Shown here piece by piece: positions 63,661-64,000 of a stretch of DNA of 64,000 bases. This DNA comes from Mobula hypostoma (taxonomy: Eukaryota), in assembly GCF_963921235.1 (NCBI RefSeq), contig NC_086097.1:146694001-146758000 (forward strand), written 5' to 3'. The position numbers were made by a program, and so were the translations under genes. A model generated the notes under the pieces. The model was not told where the DNA came from, did no database searches, and worked only from the letters and a program-made list of their open reading frames with translations. Numbering within the stretch: the first letter of the stretch is position 1; every line of letters starts with the position of its first letter.

Positions 63661-64000
63661 CTGCTCTGTCTTCTAAATTGTTTGGACGATTGGCCATAAT
63701 TAAATCTATTGTAAATTAACAATAAAGACCCATATATTCCAATGTTATGTAAGTGTTTCAAATACTCTGGTGAATCATTATTTGACATTGGGAGAGACCA
63801 AGGTTGAGTATTCTCCATAAAGCACATCAATTAATTTGCCCCAAGTACCAAATAATGAAATGTTTTCATGACATCACTGTAATCAAATATTTCATCATTA
63901 CTAATTTTCTATATAGAAATTGTTTGCTTCATATATTCTTGTACATATGTTAACACATCAACATGTTCAATTATGCTATTTTTCTAGAGACTGCAATAGA

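Overview
This window is AT-rich eukaryotic (vertebrate) non-coding DNA made mostly of transposable elements. The mix of CR1 LINEs, HE1/V-SINE-like SINEs, Penelope-like elements with one recurring short pLTR, and Rex1 tails resembles a cartilaginous fish, probably a ray (inference only). I could not support any host protein-coding gene, rRNA, true tRNA gene or CRISPR array; every recognisable ORF is a transposon fragment. Recognisable elements: many CR1 fragments, a near full-length RTE LINE (~4006-7630, minus) split by a CR1, two lineages of Penelope-like elements, Rex1/Babar, an R4/Dong-type fragment, Tx1 and Harbinger fossils, a decayed Gypsy element, a solo LTR and a hAT MITE. The most interesting structures are (i) a two-LTR mini-retroelement (29324-31838) with only 157 bp inside, whose primer site is complementary to its own LTR (Tf1/sushi-type self-priming); (ii) many hammerhead-ribozyme-like motifs in Penelope pLTRs, some in short fold-back insertions; (iii) a twister-like motif in a ~260 bp bipartite RTE derivative; and (iv) a TE-free, enhancer-like block at ~54.6-55.3 kb. 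Boundaries are approximate unless a target-site duplication (TSD) is given.
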